Source: Faecalibacterium sp. CAG:1138 (GTDB lineage Bacteria; Bacillota; Clostridia; Christensenellales; CAG-917). From it: 64,000 nt of DNA. The notes under the pieces were generated by a model that searched no databases, had not been told where the DNA came from, and saw only the letters and a program-made list of their open reading frames with translations. Shown here one piece after another: positions 55,901 to 63,671 of this stretch. Within the stretch, counting starts at the first letter, position 1. Every line of letters starts with the position of its first letter. Made by a program: the position numbers and the translations under genes. The stretch is taken from assembly GCA_000434675.1 (NCBI GenBank), contig HF988646.1, positions 9,712 to 73,711 on the forward strand, in the 5' to 3' direction.

Positions 55901-56904
55901 CCAAAAAACTGACGAACCCCGACACTTGGAATATCGGAGGCGATAGAATGAAATTTGACGCTGTTGTCGGCAACCCGCCGTATCAACTTACAAAAAACGG
56001 GAACAATGAGCAAATCCACTTTGCTTTTCTTGAACTTGCTTATAATACGACAGCCCATTATGTTTCTTTGATCCAACCGTTAAATTGGCTCAATAATGGT
56101 AAATTGCTCAATAAAGTTGTCGATCACGTTGTTTCATTGTTCAGATATTCGGATAGTAAGAGTGTGTTCTTAACGGTACAAATTCCGTCGGGCGTAGGCT
56201 ATTCTTTGATTGATAAACAAAATCAATACAGCGGAACTCAAATTGTCGAAGGCAATAAAAAGTACTACGGAAAATTAACCGGAAATTATAATTCCGACGA
56301 TTTGCGTATCGTTGATGAAGTCCATTTTACAAAATCAATTTATGATAGAATTTCAGATTATGTAGGTCATAGTAATGAGGATAAATCATTGCCGATTAAT
56401 CCCAACGGAGAGATTAAAATTTGGTATAAGAAAGAAAACGGGAAAGCCGGGAAAAGCGAATGGTATTCCGTTGATCGAAAATCAATCCCCGATGGTTCGA
56501 TTATCGATGAATGGAAGGTGATGATTAGCAATGACGGACACGCAGAAGCGACAGATACAAAGCCGCAAAATATTTTTAACAACTCGGCTATCGCTCTGCC
56601 CCCAAAATACATAACAACGAATAGACCAATATTGTTAAAAGCAAAAGACAAGTCTGAAGCGGAATTTATTGCGAAATATGCAAATACAAAATTTTTTAGA
56701 CGGTTATTGCATGTTGAAGCAAAGTCAAATTCCATTGCAAAAGGCACCTATAAGTTGGTTCCTGATATAACCGAATTTATCGATAAATATGACGGCATAG
56801 AAGATTTGGACACATTTTTGGCAAAGTTCTTCAATTTGAGTGAAGAAACTATAAATGATATTAACAAAAGAATTTTGCCCAAAACAACAAATAACGGATT
56901 GTGA
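52921..56904 (+). CDS. 1327-aa fusion: T5orf172/GIY-YIG-like N-terminus, SF2 (ResIII/DEAH) helicase, Eco57I-like N6-adenine methylase module and a C-terminal putative specificity region
   Basis: YIYAINDETHKGLLKIGQT...SEWFKI; Walker A MRYGKT (GKT at 53485-53493); DEAH (53824-53835); LLLSGTPYN; QAIFRVQSP; VLEMNSKSGLYPLY; FDAVVGNPPYQ (NPPY at 55972-55983). Overlaps the upstream gene by 14 nt. Confidence 0.85.
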   Translation: MAKYDVASYNLIYIYAINDETHKGLLKIGQTSFSSKYSIAQLPPNCSALNQNAHARIQQQTKTALVSYDLLYTELATRTITMADGSKQIQSFQDYDVHDVILQSGYSAVKFVESGKQSEWFKIDLSSAKAAISAVKEGKAVLPDAKTSVVVAQKQKITLRNEQKENVEKTIDIFKRYDTMLWNCKMRYGKTVTAYELIKRQHYQKVIVITHRPAVEDGWGTDHDLMFAGTNHLFIDKTNGSVDYDSAIDADNDFKLKQTVQSQTPFVYFASIQDLRGSKRVGGKYNKNNAVFDMDWDLLIIDEAHEGTSTDLGDAVIKTLRKPNTKVLLLSGTPYNIMSEFDENKYTWTYVDEQKAKAEWEENHPNERNPYEELPKMNIFTFDLSEQMPTSYRFVTEDSAFNFREFFRTWTGDVEKDFRIIPEGKSVGDFVYEDDVYNFLSLISSDSQDSNYPFSTEEYRDMFAHTFWIVPGVKEAKALSALIQRHPNFKDFEVVNIAGDGDEEKPYSEALALVRSSIKSFAKTITISCGKLTTGVTVREWSAVMMLSGSSSTSASGYMQAIFRVQSPGYINGRQKKNCYVFDFAPDRTLKVIAEVHRVTNKGLKDDEKAKKALGEFINFCPIISVEGTVMRSYNVDEMMRQIKRISVDAAINSGFDDDTIYLSDAGMKISQFDQDILRKLADVVTPQKKGKKQTDVVISDSGMTDEQHKLADKAKRKPKKELTEEEKAALELYKKQKEEQKKMFNLLRAVSIRLPLLFYGADADITEIIHLKDFVQIVDDESWGEFMPKGLRKDLFLDILRYYDEDVVIGAGLRIRKMAKAADELPPTYRAKRIVEIMSKFKNPDKETVLTPWRVVNMHMGNTLGGYNFFDEDFQKELDEPRVIDNGEITSDIFLNTDAKVLEMNSKSGLYPLYLAYSFYMLNVSGKEKDLPLETMQKIWFDTLDKHIFVLCKTKMARMITIRTLAGYSNKTVHAIYLTKLVEERMKDLDRLSKKLTNPDTWNIGGDRMKFDAVVGNPPYQLTKNGNNEQIHFAFLELAYNTTAHYVSLIQPLNWLNNGKLLNKVVDHVVSLFRYSDSKSVFLTVQIPSGVGYSLIDKQNQYSGTQIVEGNKKYYGKLTGNYNSDDLRIVDEVHFTKSIYDRISDYVGHSNEDKSLPINPNGEIKIWYKKENGKAGKSEWYSVDRKSIPDGSIIDEWKVMISNDGHAEATDTKPQNIFNNSAIALPPKYITTNRPILLKAKDKSEAEFIAKYANTKFFRRLLHVEAKSNSIAKGTYKLVPDITEFIDKYDGIEDLDTFLAKFFNLSEETINDINKRILPKTTNNGL

Positions 56905-56933
56905 TTATACAGACACCACACTTCTAAAGCATA

Positions 56934-56962
56934 TTGACTTGTAATCTTTATTGTTGTATAAT
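56934..56962 (+). promoter_or_regulatory. Consensus sigma-A promoter for the OLD/PARIS-like gene
   Basis: TTGACT, a 17-nt spacer, then TATAAT. Confidence 0.65.
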
Positions 56963-56985
56963 TATACTAAACAATGGGGAGATAA

Positions 56986-58725
56986 ATGATGTCAAAAGTA
57001 CTCTTAGAAAAAGTTAAATTAGAATATTTCAAGTGTTATCAAGAAACAACGGTATTATTTAAAGATTTAACAATTGTTGTGGGCGAAAACAATGCTGGTA
57101 AATCTTGTTTAATTGAAGCTCTCAGATTGGTGTCAAATGCGGCGCAAAATGCTTATAGAAAAAATTATCGAGAACCGCCCAAAGAGTTAGAGCTTATGGC
57201 TTCACTGAGAGGATTTGTAATTGATACGAAAAAACTGAGAATTGATTTGGAAAGTGTTGTCTACTTTTATGACAAAAATAGAAATGCCAAGATAACAGCC
57301 TTTTTTAATGATAAATCAAGAATTGAAATTTATTTGAACGAATATTGTGCTTTCGCTGTAATATTTGATAAACAAAGAAAAATGATTACTAGCAATAAGA
57401 AAGCAAAAGAATTGGGAGTTGATAAAATGCTACGTATTATGCCACAAATCGGCACAATACGAGAACAAGAAAAATATCTATCAAAAGAAACAGTGTTTGA
57501 TGATAAAGATACTTATCTATCATCTTTACACTTTAGAAATGAGATTTATCTATGGAAAGATTTGTATTATTCAGATTTCAAGCAATTAGCAGAAAGCACA
57601 TGGGACAGTTTGGAGATATCAGATCCTGAGTTCAATCAAACAGATAACATTATGAGCCTTGTTGTAAGTGATAATCGTTTTTCTGCGGAGATTGGTAAGA
57701 TGGGAAGCGGTTTACAACTTTGGCTTCAAATTATGTGGTTCCTTTCACGTTCTAAAGATTGTGAAGTTATTATCTTAGATGAACCGGATATTTACATGCA
57801 TTCCGAAATGCAACGCAAAATTCTTGAAATAGTTAGAGAAAAGTTTCCACAAGTAATTATTGCAACACATTCGTTAGAAATTATCTCACGAGTTGATCCC
57901 GAGTATATTCTTGAAATAAATAAGAAAGACAAAAAACTAAAATTTGCAAGCGATGTTTCTTCTGTTCAAAAAATTATAGATGATATCGGTGGCGTTTCAA
58001 ATTTAGCTCTTATAAATTTGGGGCGTCAGCGTAAATGTTTATTTGTAGAGGGATGCGATGTCGAAATACTAAATAGATTTAATGAAATTCTGTATGGAAA
58101 ACAAATATGCTTGCCAACATTTTCTTTTGGGGGTTTTAGCAAGATATCCAACTTATACGGAGCGGCTGACTTGTTTTATAATGAAACGAGTAATCAAATT
58201 AAATGTTTCGCAATTGCGGATAAAGACTATAGGGATGAAATTGTCGTAGAGAAGATCCAGAAACAAGCTGTTGATAAACATCTGGCATTGTACATTTGGG
58301 CTAAAAAAGAAATTGAAAATTATCTGATCGATCCTCAAATCCTATTTGAGCTAATCCCTAATACATTTCAAATTCAATATCTAGATTTTTTGACTGAATT
58401 TGAAGCATTGGTAGAAGCGGAAAAAGATGACGTGTTTGATTCATATGCAACCCAATATAGAATTGATTGTGGTTATTTTAGTGACGAAAAGCAATGGGAT
58501 ATTGCTACATGCAATCAAAAAGCACGCGATTATATGTCAAAACACTGGATTTCGTTAGACACCAAACTTGCTTTAATCGGAGGTAAAAAATTTTTAGGAA
58601 CAATTAGGCGGTATTTTCAAGATAACTACAAAATTTCATTATCAAACAAAAAAATTATTGATCAATACACTGTTGATAAAATTCCAAAAGAAATAAAGGA
58701 TGTTTTAACAGCTCTTAACCAATAA
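56986..58725 (+). CDS. OLD-family/PARIS-like fusion: ABC-type ATPase (AAA_15/21-like) plus a Toprim/DUF4435-like C-terminal domain
   Basis: Walker A GENNAGKS, signature MGSGLQ, Walker B IILDEPD, and H-loop IATHS. These are followed by CLFVEGCDVEIL...FAIADKDYRD...KKEIENYLI, a Toprim-like acidic pattern. Confidence 0.7.
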   Translation: MMSKVLLEKVKLEYFKCYQETTVLFKDLTIVVGENNAGKSCLIEALRLVSNAAQNAYRKNYREPPKELELMASLRGFVIDTKKLRIDLESVVYFYDKNRNAKITAFFNDKSRIEIYLNEYCAFAVIFDKQRKMITSNKKAKELGVDKMLRIMPQIGTIREQEKYLSKETVFDDKDTYLSSLHFRNEIYLWKDLYYSDFKQLAESTWDSLEISDPEFNQTDNIMSLVVSDNRFSAEIGKMGSGLQLWLQIMWFLSRSKDCEVIILDEPDIYMHSEMQRKILEIVREKFPQVIIATHSLEIISRVDPEYILEINKKDKKLKFASDVSSVQKIIDDIGGVSNLALINLGRQRKCLFVEGCDVEILNRFNEILYGKQICLPTFSFGGFSKISNLYGAADLFYNETSNQIKCFAIADKDYRDEIVVEKIQKQAVDKHLALYIWAKKEIENYLIDPQILFELIPNTFQIQYLDFLTEFEALVEAEKDDVFDSYATQYRIDCGYFSDEKQWDIATCNQKARDYMSKHWISLDTKLALIGGKKFLGTIRRYFQDNYKISLSNKKIIDQYTVDKIPKEIKDVLTALNQ

Positions 58726-58782
58726 TCAACTATGTATAAAAATAGGCGGATAGATTTTCAAATTTATCCGTCTGTTTTATTG

Positions 58783-59406
58783 TTAAAAGCGATTTGTTGC
58801 AAGCAAATATTTTTTACGAATACTGTTTTGTCTGCGCCAGATTGTAGTGCGGTTGACGTTTAATATTCTGCCGATTTGTAGCATTGTAAACCCTGCCATA
58901 AGAATGGAAAGCGTTTCGTATTCAGCGGCGGTGAGTTTCATCTTTGATATAAGCCCGTCAACGGCTATATAATCGTTTTTCTGCTCGTCATCGAGTATTG
59001 TTTCAGACTCACTCGTAATTCGCTCGTCAAGGCTTATTGTGTTTGCCATATAGCGTGTGTATTGCTTTTGCAAATAATTATCGGCGCAACGATAACAAGC
59101 ACTTTTAATTGTAACAACCTTTCCGTATTTCGTAGTATAGTTATCACCGAGTTTCTCACCTATATGTTGGCAAAGAAACAGCATTGCCTCTTGCGCAATG
59201 TCGTATGCGTTTGAAAACGGCGAATAATCGTCTTTTGAGCGATTCATATCTCTAAATAGCCCTTTGTATAGATAATGCAAATCCTTGCCTGAACGGACGA
59301 TTACTGTTTTAATACAGGTCAAGGCGATAACTTCGCCCATTTTCTGTACGTTTTCTGCCGAGATAACCATATCGTTATCCAAAATGCCTTTGTTTACTTC
59401 TTTCAT
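58783..59406 (-). CDS. Sigma-70 region-4/LuxR-type HTH regulator typical of integrative elements
   Basis: C-terminal LTAAEYETLSILMAGFTMLQIGRILNVNRTTIWRRQNSIRKK. GGAGG SD. Confidence 0.6.
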   Translation of the reverse strand: MKEVNKGILDNDMVISAENVQKMGEVIALTCIKTVIVRSGKDLHYLYKGLFRDMNRSKDDYSPFSNAYDIAQEAMLFLCQHIGEKLGDNYTTKYGKVVTIKSACYRCADNYLQKQYTRYMANTISLDERITSESETILDDEQKNDYIAVDGLISKMKLTAAEYETLSILMAGFTMLQIGRILNVNRTTIWRRQNSIRKKYLLATNRF

Positions 59407-59772
59407 TGTATTTTACCTCCGATTTAATTCGCCTTTCGGCAAAAACGGAAGTAGCACCGGGGAAAGATAGAAGTTTTTTACCTTATAGTTGGTTAGACGG
59501 AAGTCAACGAACAGCAAAAAATATTACGTTATAATCGACAATTTCAAAGTTTTCGGTAAAAATTTTTGCCGTTGACTTGCGCTTTTCACTGTGCTACAAA
59601 CGTAAACGAAAGGCGATAAATCGGACGGCAAAACGGTATAGAAAAACCGAGCGTTTAGAACACTCGGTTAAAGGTTGTAATGTATTTATAGTTTGATTTT
59701 AAGTCCGAAATAATCTCTTGTAAAAAACAAAACGAACTCAAGATTTTTTCTCGGGTTCGTTTTATTCTTGTT

Positions 59773-59859
59773 TGGTGCGGGCAACAGGACTTGAACCTGC
59801 ACAGCCTTGCGACCATAAGAACCTGAATCTTACGCGTCTGCCAATTCCGCCATGCCCGC
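59773..59859 (-). tRNA. tRNA-Leu (anticodon CAG), class II with a long variable arm
   Basis: Minus-strand sequence GCGGGCATGGCGGAATTGGCAGACGCGTAAGATTCAGGTTCTTATGGTCGCAAGGCTGTGCAGGTTCAAGTCCTGTTGCCCGCACCA was folded by hand. The anticodon loop is TTCAGGT. Confidence 0.9.
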
Positions 59860-59874
59860 TTAAACTGTTACCGA

Positions 59875-59902
59875 TTATATCACTTTTGCAAGTTCTTGTC
59901 AA
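59875..59902 (-). promoter_or_regulatory. Consensus sigma-A promoter for tRNA-Leu
   Basis: On the minus strand: TTGACA, a 17-nt spacer, then TATAAT, ending 15 nt before the tRNA 5' end. Confidence 0.65.
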
Positions 59903-60035
59903 ACTTATTTTGCCACTATTTTTCCGAATATTAAAACAGGTTGTTTTTCTTAGTCGGGAAGCCGCGGTTATCTGCGCCGGAACCTGCGAGGGAAGAAAGC
60001 GTGTCATAAAAATCCGGAAGTGTCAACCGATCTTT

Positions 60036-60359
60036 CTACATTCTTTCGGCATATTCCACGTTGGTGACGAACACGACGGCGCCGCCAACAGGCACTTCGG
60101 CGACCTGGCAGTTCATAGAGCCGGCGTTGGCGTGGATGAAAGTCGGAGTCGGCTCCATGCGCTTAGCCGAGTGCTCCTTAATGATATCCAGCACTTTTCG
60201 GACCTCGTCATCCTCGACGCCGATGAGGAGGGTGACGTTGCCCGTCCTTAAAAACCCTCCGTAGGTAGCGATTTTTGTGAATCGGATGCCGCTCTCCGCG
60301 AGGGCTTTCGCCGTATTTCCGCCGTCTTTTTTGTTGATGATTGCAGTAATAAGTTTCAT
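60036..60359 (-). CDS. darA: PII-like cyclic-di-AMP receptor (DarA/YaaQ family)
   Basis: MKLITAIINKKDGGNTAKALAESGIRFTKIATYGGFLRTGNVTLLIGVED closely parallels B. subtilis YaaQ. The start was moved to ATG 60359 (AAGGAGG SD). Confidence 0.8.
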   Translation of the reverse strand: MKLITAIINKKDGGNTAKALAESGIRFTKIATYGGFLRTGNVTLLIGVEDDEVRKVLDIIKEHSAKRMEPTPTFIHANAGSMNCQVAEVPVGGAVVFVTNVEYAERM

Positions 60360-60506
60360 AAACGAACCTCCTTGCTTTTCTATATTATAACCTCGCGCGC
60401 TCGCGTTTGTCAACCCTGAAAAATTTTTCGGATTGCAACTTACGGTTGCTTGAAAAGGTGCGAAAAATGTTTTAATATGGACTTATCCGAAAACGAGGAG
60501 GCAAAG

Positions 60507-60971
60507 ATGCTGGATTTCAAGGCAATAGGAAACGGAATAAGGGAGCGGCGCCAAAGGCTCGGCTACAGTCAGGACGCTTTGGCCGAAACGTTAGGCGTGA
60601 CGCATCAGGCGATATCGCGGTGGGAGCAGGGCGAGGCGATGCCGACGGTTGAAAATTTGGCGGAGCTATGCAGTCTGTTCGACATCGGTTTCGAGGAGCT
60701 TTTGCTTTTAGGCAGGCCCGTCGATCCGACCGCCAAAAACATATTCGACGGCCACAGCCGAACGTACGTCGTAAAGGAGATAATATCCGGTCGCTGTCCG
60801 TACGATTTTGTGGGCAATTTCAACGTATTTATGCCGCAGGAGCGGATTATGCTCCTTCGCGCCGTCAAGGAAGGGAAGCTTACTGCGGATCTTTTAAGTC
60901 TTAGGCAAAAGCTCACGCAGGAAGAACTTATTTTCCTTTTCGGCAAAAAACAAATTCACCGCATGTGGTGA
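60507..60971 (+). CDS. XRE-family HTH transcriptional regulator
   Basis: IRERRQRLGYSQDALAETLGVTHQAISRWEQGEAMPTVENLAELCSLF. Start chosen at ATG 60507 (GAGGAGG SD). Confidence 0.75.
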   Translation: MLDFKAIGNGIRERRQRLGYSQDALAETLGVTHQAISRWEQGEAMPTVENLAELCSLFDIGFEELLLLGRPVDPTAKNIFDGHSRTYVVKEIISGRCPYDFVGNFNVFMPQERIMLLRAVKEGKLTADLLSLRQKLTQEELIFLFGKKQIHRMW

Positions 60972-61011
60972 CGAAAAACAAACTTTAACAAAAATTTTTG
61001 AGAGGTGAACT

Positions 61012-61443
61012 ATGAATATTGAAAACATGCTGCCGTTTTTGAACAAACAGGCTCTTGACGAATTGGTCGATTCGATTATCGCCGGCGAGGTGGATTTCGA
61101 CATCAGAAAAGCGTTGCCGTTCCTTGATGACGACGCGCTCAAAAAGCTTATGGAATACGCCGCCGAAAACCCGGGCAAAATCAACTTTGACGGCGCGCAA
61201 TGCTATCCGTTCCTGTCCGAAAAGATTATGGACGAAGTGTTCCTGAAAAAACTCGACGGCGGAGTTCTGGACGAATCCTGCCTGCCGTTCGTGTCGTCGG
61301 AGTGTCTGAAAAAAGTGGTCGAAAAGTACTGCGAAAACAGCGACTTGGACGTCAACATCGACGCGCTCTACTATTTTATGGACGAGGACGACGTTTCCGA
61401 AATCTTCCGTGCCTATCTTAAACGCCACAAAAAAACAAACTGA
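61012..61443 (+). CDS. Hypothetical protein with repeated LPFL-x-ALxxL units
   Basis: 143 aa with about four ~35-aa repeats (LPFLNKQALDELV, LPFLDDDALKKLM, YPFLSEKIMDEVF, LPFVSSECLKKVV). Confidence 0.45.
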   Translation: MNIENMLPFLNKQALDELVDSIIAGEVDFDIRKALPFLDDDALKKLMEYAAENPGKINFDGAQCYPFLSEKIMDEVFLKKLDGGVLDESCLPFVSSECLKKVVEKYCENSDLDVNIDALYYFMDEDDVSEIFRAYLKRHKKTN

Positions 61444-61475
61444 AAGCAGGCCTTCGGGCCTGTTTTTTCGTTTTG

Positions 61476-63668
61476 CTAAAACATATTATCCAACAATTTC
61501 CAACTGTCGGAAGTTATATCGTCGCTGTAATTATCTGTGCAAATGCAGAGTTCGTCGCTGTTTTTGTCAAAACGGACAAAACCGCCTTTCAAACCGTATT
61601 TTTCAAGATATGCTTTTAGCACTTCAAACTTTTTCGGCGAGAAACTATCAATATCTTCGCTTTTGCCTGCTTTATCAAATTCGCCTTTGGTTTCTATTAT
61701 CCACGTTTCGCCGTTCACGGATACGATATAATCGGGGTAAAACAGTTTTTGGTGGCCGCTGTTGTCGAGATAAACGATAGACAAATAATCGTCGCCTTTA
61801 TCGCCGTTTTTATAAATCCAATCTACGGCAGAGCATTTTTCGCAAAACTTTTCAAACTTTTTCTCGGCAGTCGAACGTGGTTCGGCGGACATCAAATATC
61901 CTTGATATACATTTTTCACGCTTTCCGTTTGCACCTTACTTGCGCTGTCGTATGTAAACTTGCAAACACGCGGCAAAACAAACTCTTTCTTGGAAACCAT
62001 ATCTGGAGAAAGAGCAAGTTGCAAGAGTGGCACTGCCATTGCTTCGCGGAAATTGCGACGCAACAAATCGACGTTGTTTATGATAAACGCATACAATTCT
62101 CTCGTCGAGAGTGCAAGCAACTTGCCCGAATAATCGAATTTATCACCAAACAACTTGCCGATAATTGTCTGCATATACTTGTATTCCATACCGATTTCAC
62201 GCCCGATAACGCCTATTGAGTGGTGACGGTCGCGCCCGAGTTTATGTGTGTTTACCGTTTCTTTTACGGTAATGGTGTTGAGATTGTCGCTTTCGCCCAA
62301 ATCGGAAAGAGTAGCAACACTGCCAGATTGAGTATATGTATTTATAGAGTCGGAGAAAACAAAACCCGCCGTTTCAAGCCTTGTTTTATTTTCCTTTTTG
62401 TTGCCCGTAAGTTCGAATGTATCTTTGAAGTAACTTGCGATAGAGGATAACGCCTTGCGCGGATCTCTTAAATCCGTAATCATAGTGCGTTGTTCCTTAG
62501 TAAGTGTAAACGACTTGTATTCGTTTTTCAGAAAAATATCTTTGCCGTCAAGTGCTCCTTTACTAAGTGCCTGTTTCACGCCCGCCGTGAACTTTTGGTC
62601 AAACGTATAAAGATAGCAACAATCCAAAACGTCGTTGTCGTAATGTTTTGCTTCGGGCATACGGCGAATACGTCCTATCGTCTGAATTTCAAACGTTTCG
62701 TCCATATTTTCGCGCAGTTTTACAAGTATTTGTGCTCGCGGACAATCCCAGCCTATAGCGACTGCTTGTTTTATAACGACGGCAATTTGTTTGCCGTCAT
62801 TATCTGATATGTTCTCGACATTTTCGTGTCTGCCCGAAAGCCATATCGCAAGAGTATCGTTTTCGATATTGATGCCTTGTGCAGAAAAGTATTCTTCAAC
62901 GCTGTCGCACAATGCGTCGCTATTATTTGGAAGTTGAACGACTATAAGCGGATTTACGTCAATACCTTTATTCAAAAATATTGATTTTATTTCACGTTGC
63001 TTATTTAATGCACGCTCCAACAAATACCAAGTCTGATTATCGGTTTCGATTGTTTGCGGAAAGTTTTCATTTATGACGAGCAACTTTTTTATCAACCCTT
63101 CCGCAATAACGTCTTCTTCGGCAATTTCTATAAGTTTTGCCTTTTTGTCCACAATAGGCGTAGCAGAGCAGCGGATAATTTTATCCGTTTTGAAAAGTTG
63201 CACGATAGCGTCGGCTTTATCTGTAAAATTCTGGTGGCTTTCGTCGATAATTATTTTGAAAGATAGTTCTGCGTTCAACGCTTTTTCTATCCACTCCAAA
63301 AAGTTGGTGCGCTCGCTGTCCTTCAAGGCGTTATTGCCTTTTTTCGTAAGTTTTTCCCAGTTGATAAAACATGCGTCGTTTTCTTCAAAACCGCAGGTCA
63401 TAACGTCGGCAAGTAGTTTTGTTTGTGCGTTGTGGATATACTTGTCCATTTTATCCTTGCTTTGTATTTCAAGGTCGCCCTTGCCGGGAGTAAGCCATAC
63501 AAACACGGTTTTTGCGTGTTCTTTGGTATATTCGTCCATAAAATGCGTGAGCATTATGGTTTTACCGCTACCGGTAGGGCTTTTCAAAACGATTTCGCGG
63601 ACGGAATCGTCTTCCATACATTCAAGCAGACTTTTTATTGCTTTCAACTGAAAATTCATTAAATTCAT
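61476..63668 (-). CDS. Type III restriction Res-like protein: SF2 DExH helicase with a C-terminal PD-(D/E)xK-like nuclease
   Basis: SPTGSGKT, IIIDESHQNF, CSATP and QTIGRIRR are present. The C-terminal YPDYIV...WIIETKG has a D...ExK pattern. The ATG lies 3 nt after the upstream gene's stop. Confidence 0.75.
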   Translation of the reverse strand: MNLMNFQLKAIKSLLECMEDDSVREIVLKSPTGSGKTIMLTHFMDEYTKEHAKTVFVWLTPGKGDLEIQSKDKMDKYIHNAQTKLLADVMTCGFEENDACFINWEKLTKKGNNALKDSERTNFLEWIEKALNAELSFKIIIDESHQNFTDKADAIVQLFKTDKIIRCSATPIVDKKAKLIEIAEEDVIAEGLIKKLLVINENFPQTIETDNQTWYLLERALNKQREIKSIFLNKGIDVNPLIVVQLPNNSDALCDSVEEYFSAQGINIENDTLAIWLSGRHENVENISDNDGKQIAVVIKQAVAIGWDCPRAQILVKLRENMDETFEIQTIGRIRRMPEAKHYDNDVLDCCYLYTFDQKFTAGVKQALSKGALDGKDIFLKNEYKSFTLTKEQRTMITDLRDPRKALSSIASYFKDTFELTGNKKENKTRLETAGFVFSDSINTYTQSGSVATLSDLGESDNLNTITVKETVNTHKLGRDRHHSIGVIGREIGMEYKYMQTIIGKLFGDKFDYSGKLLALSTRELYAFIINNVDLLRRNFREAMAVPLLQLALSPDMVSKKEFVLPRVCKFTYDSASKVQTESVKNVYQGYLMSAEPRSTAEKKFEKFCEKCSAVDWIYKNGDKGDDYLSIVYLDNSGHQKLFYPDYIVSVNGETWIIETKGEFDKAGKSEDIDSFSPKKFEVLKAYLEKYGLKGGFVRFDKNSDELCICTDNYSDDITSDSWKLLDNMF

Positions 63669-63671
63669 CTT

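Larger units (their letters stand above)
46506..59772. mobile_element. ~13.3-kb AT-rich genomic (defense) island abutting the 3' end of tRNA-Leu
   Basis: Composition shifts visibly at both ends. It contains a serine recombinase, a tyrosine integrase and a sigma/HTH regulator, with Abi/NTase, helicase-methylase and OLD-like ATPase genes as cargo. The exact att borders were not identified. Confidence 0.6.

Noticed and set aside
56986-58725. Gabija (GajA) assignment for the ATPase-Toprim protein
   Set aside because: No UvrD-like GajB gene follows; the next gene is convergent and encodes an HTH regulator. It is kept as a generic OLD/PARIS-like call.
46506-59772. Prophage or conjugative element
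   Set aside because: No capsid, portal, terminase, tail, relaxase or type IV secretion genes are recognisable. Only recombinases, a regulator and defense-like cargo are present.
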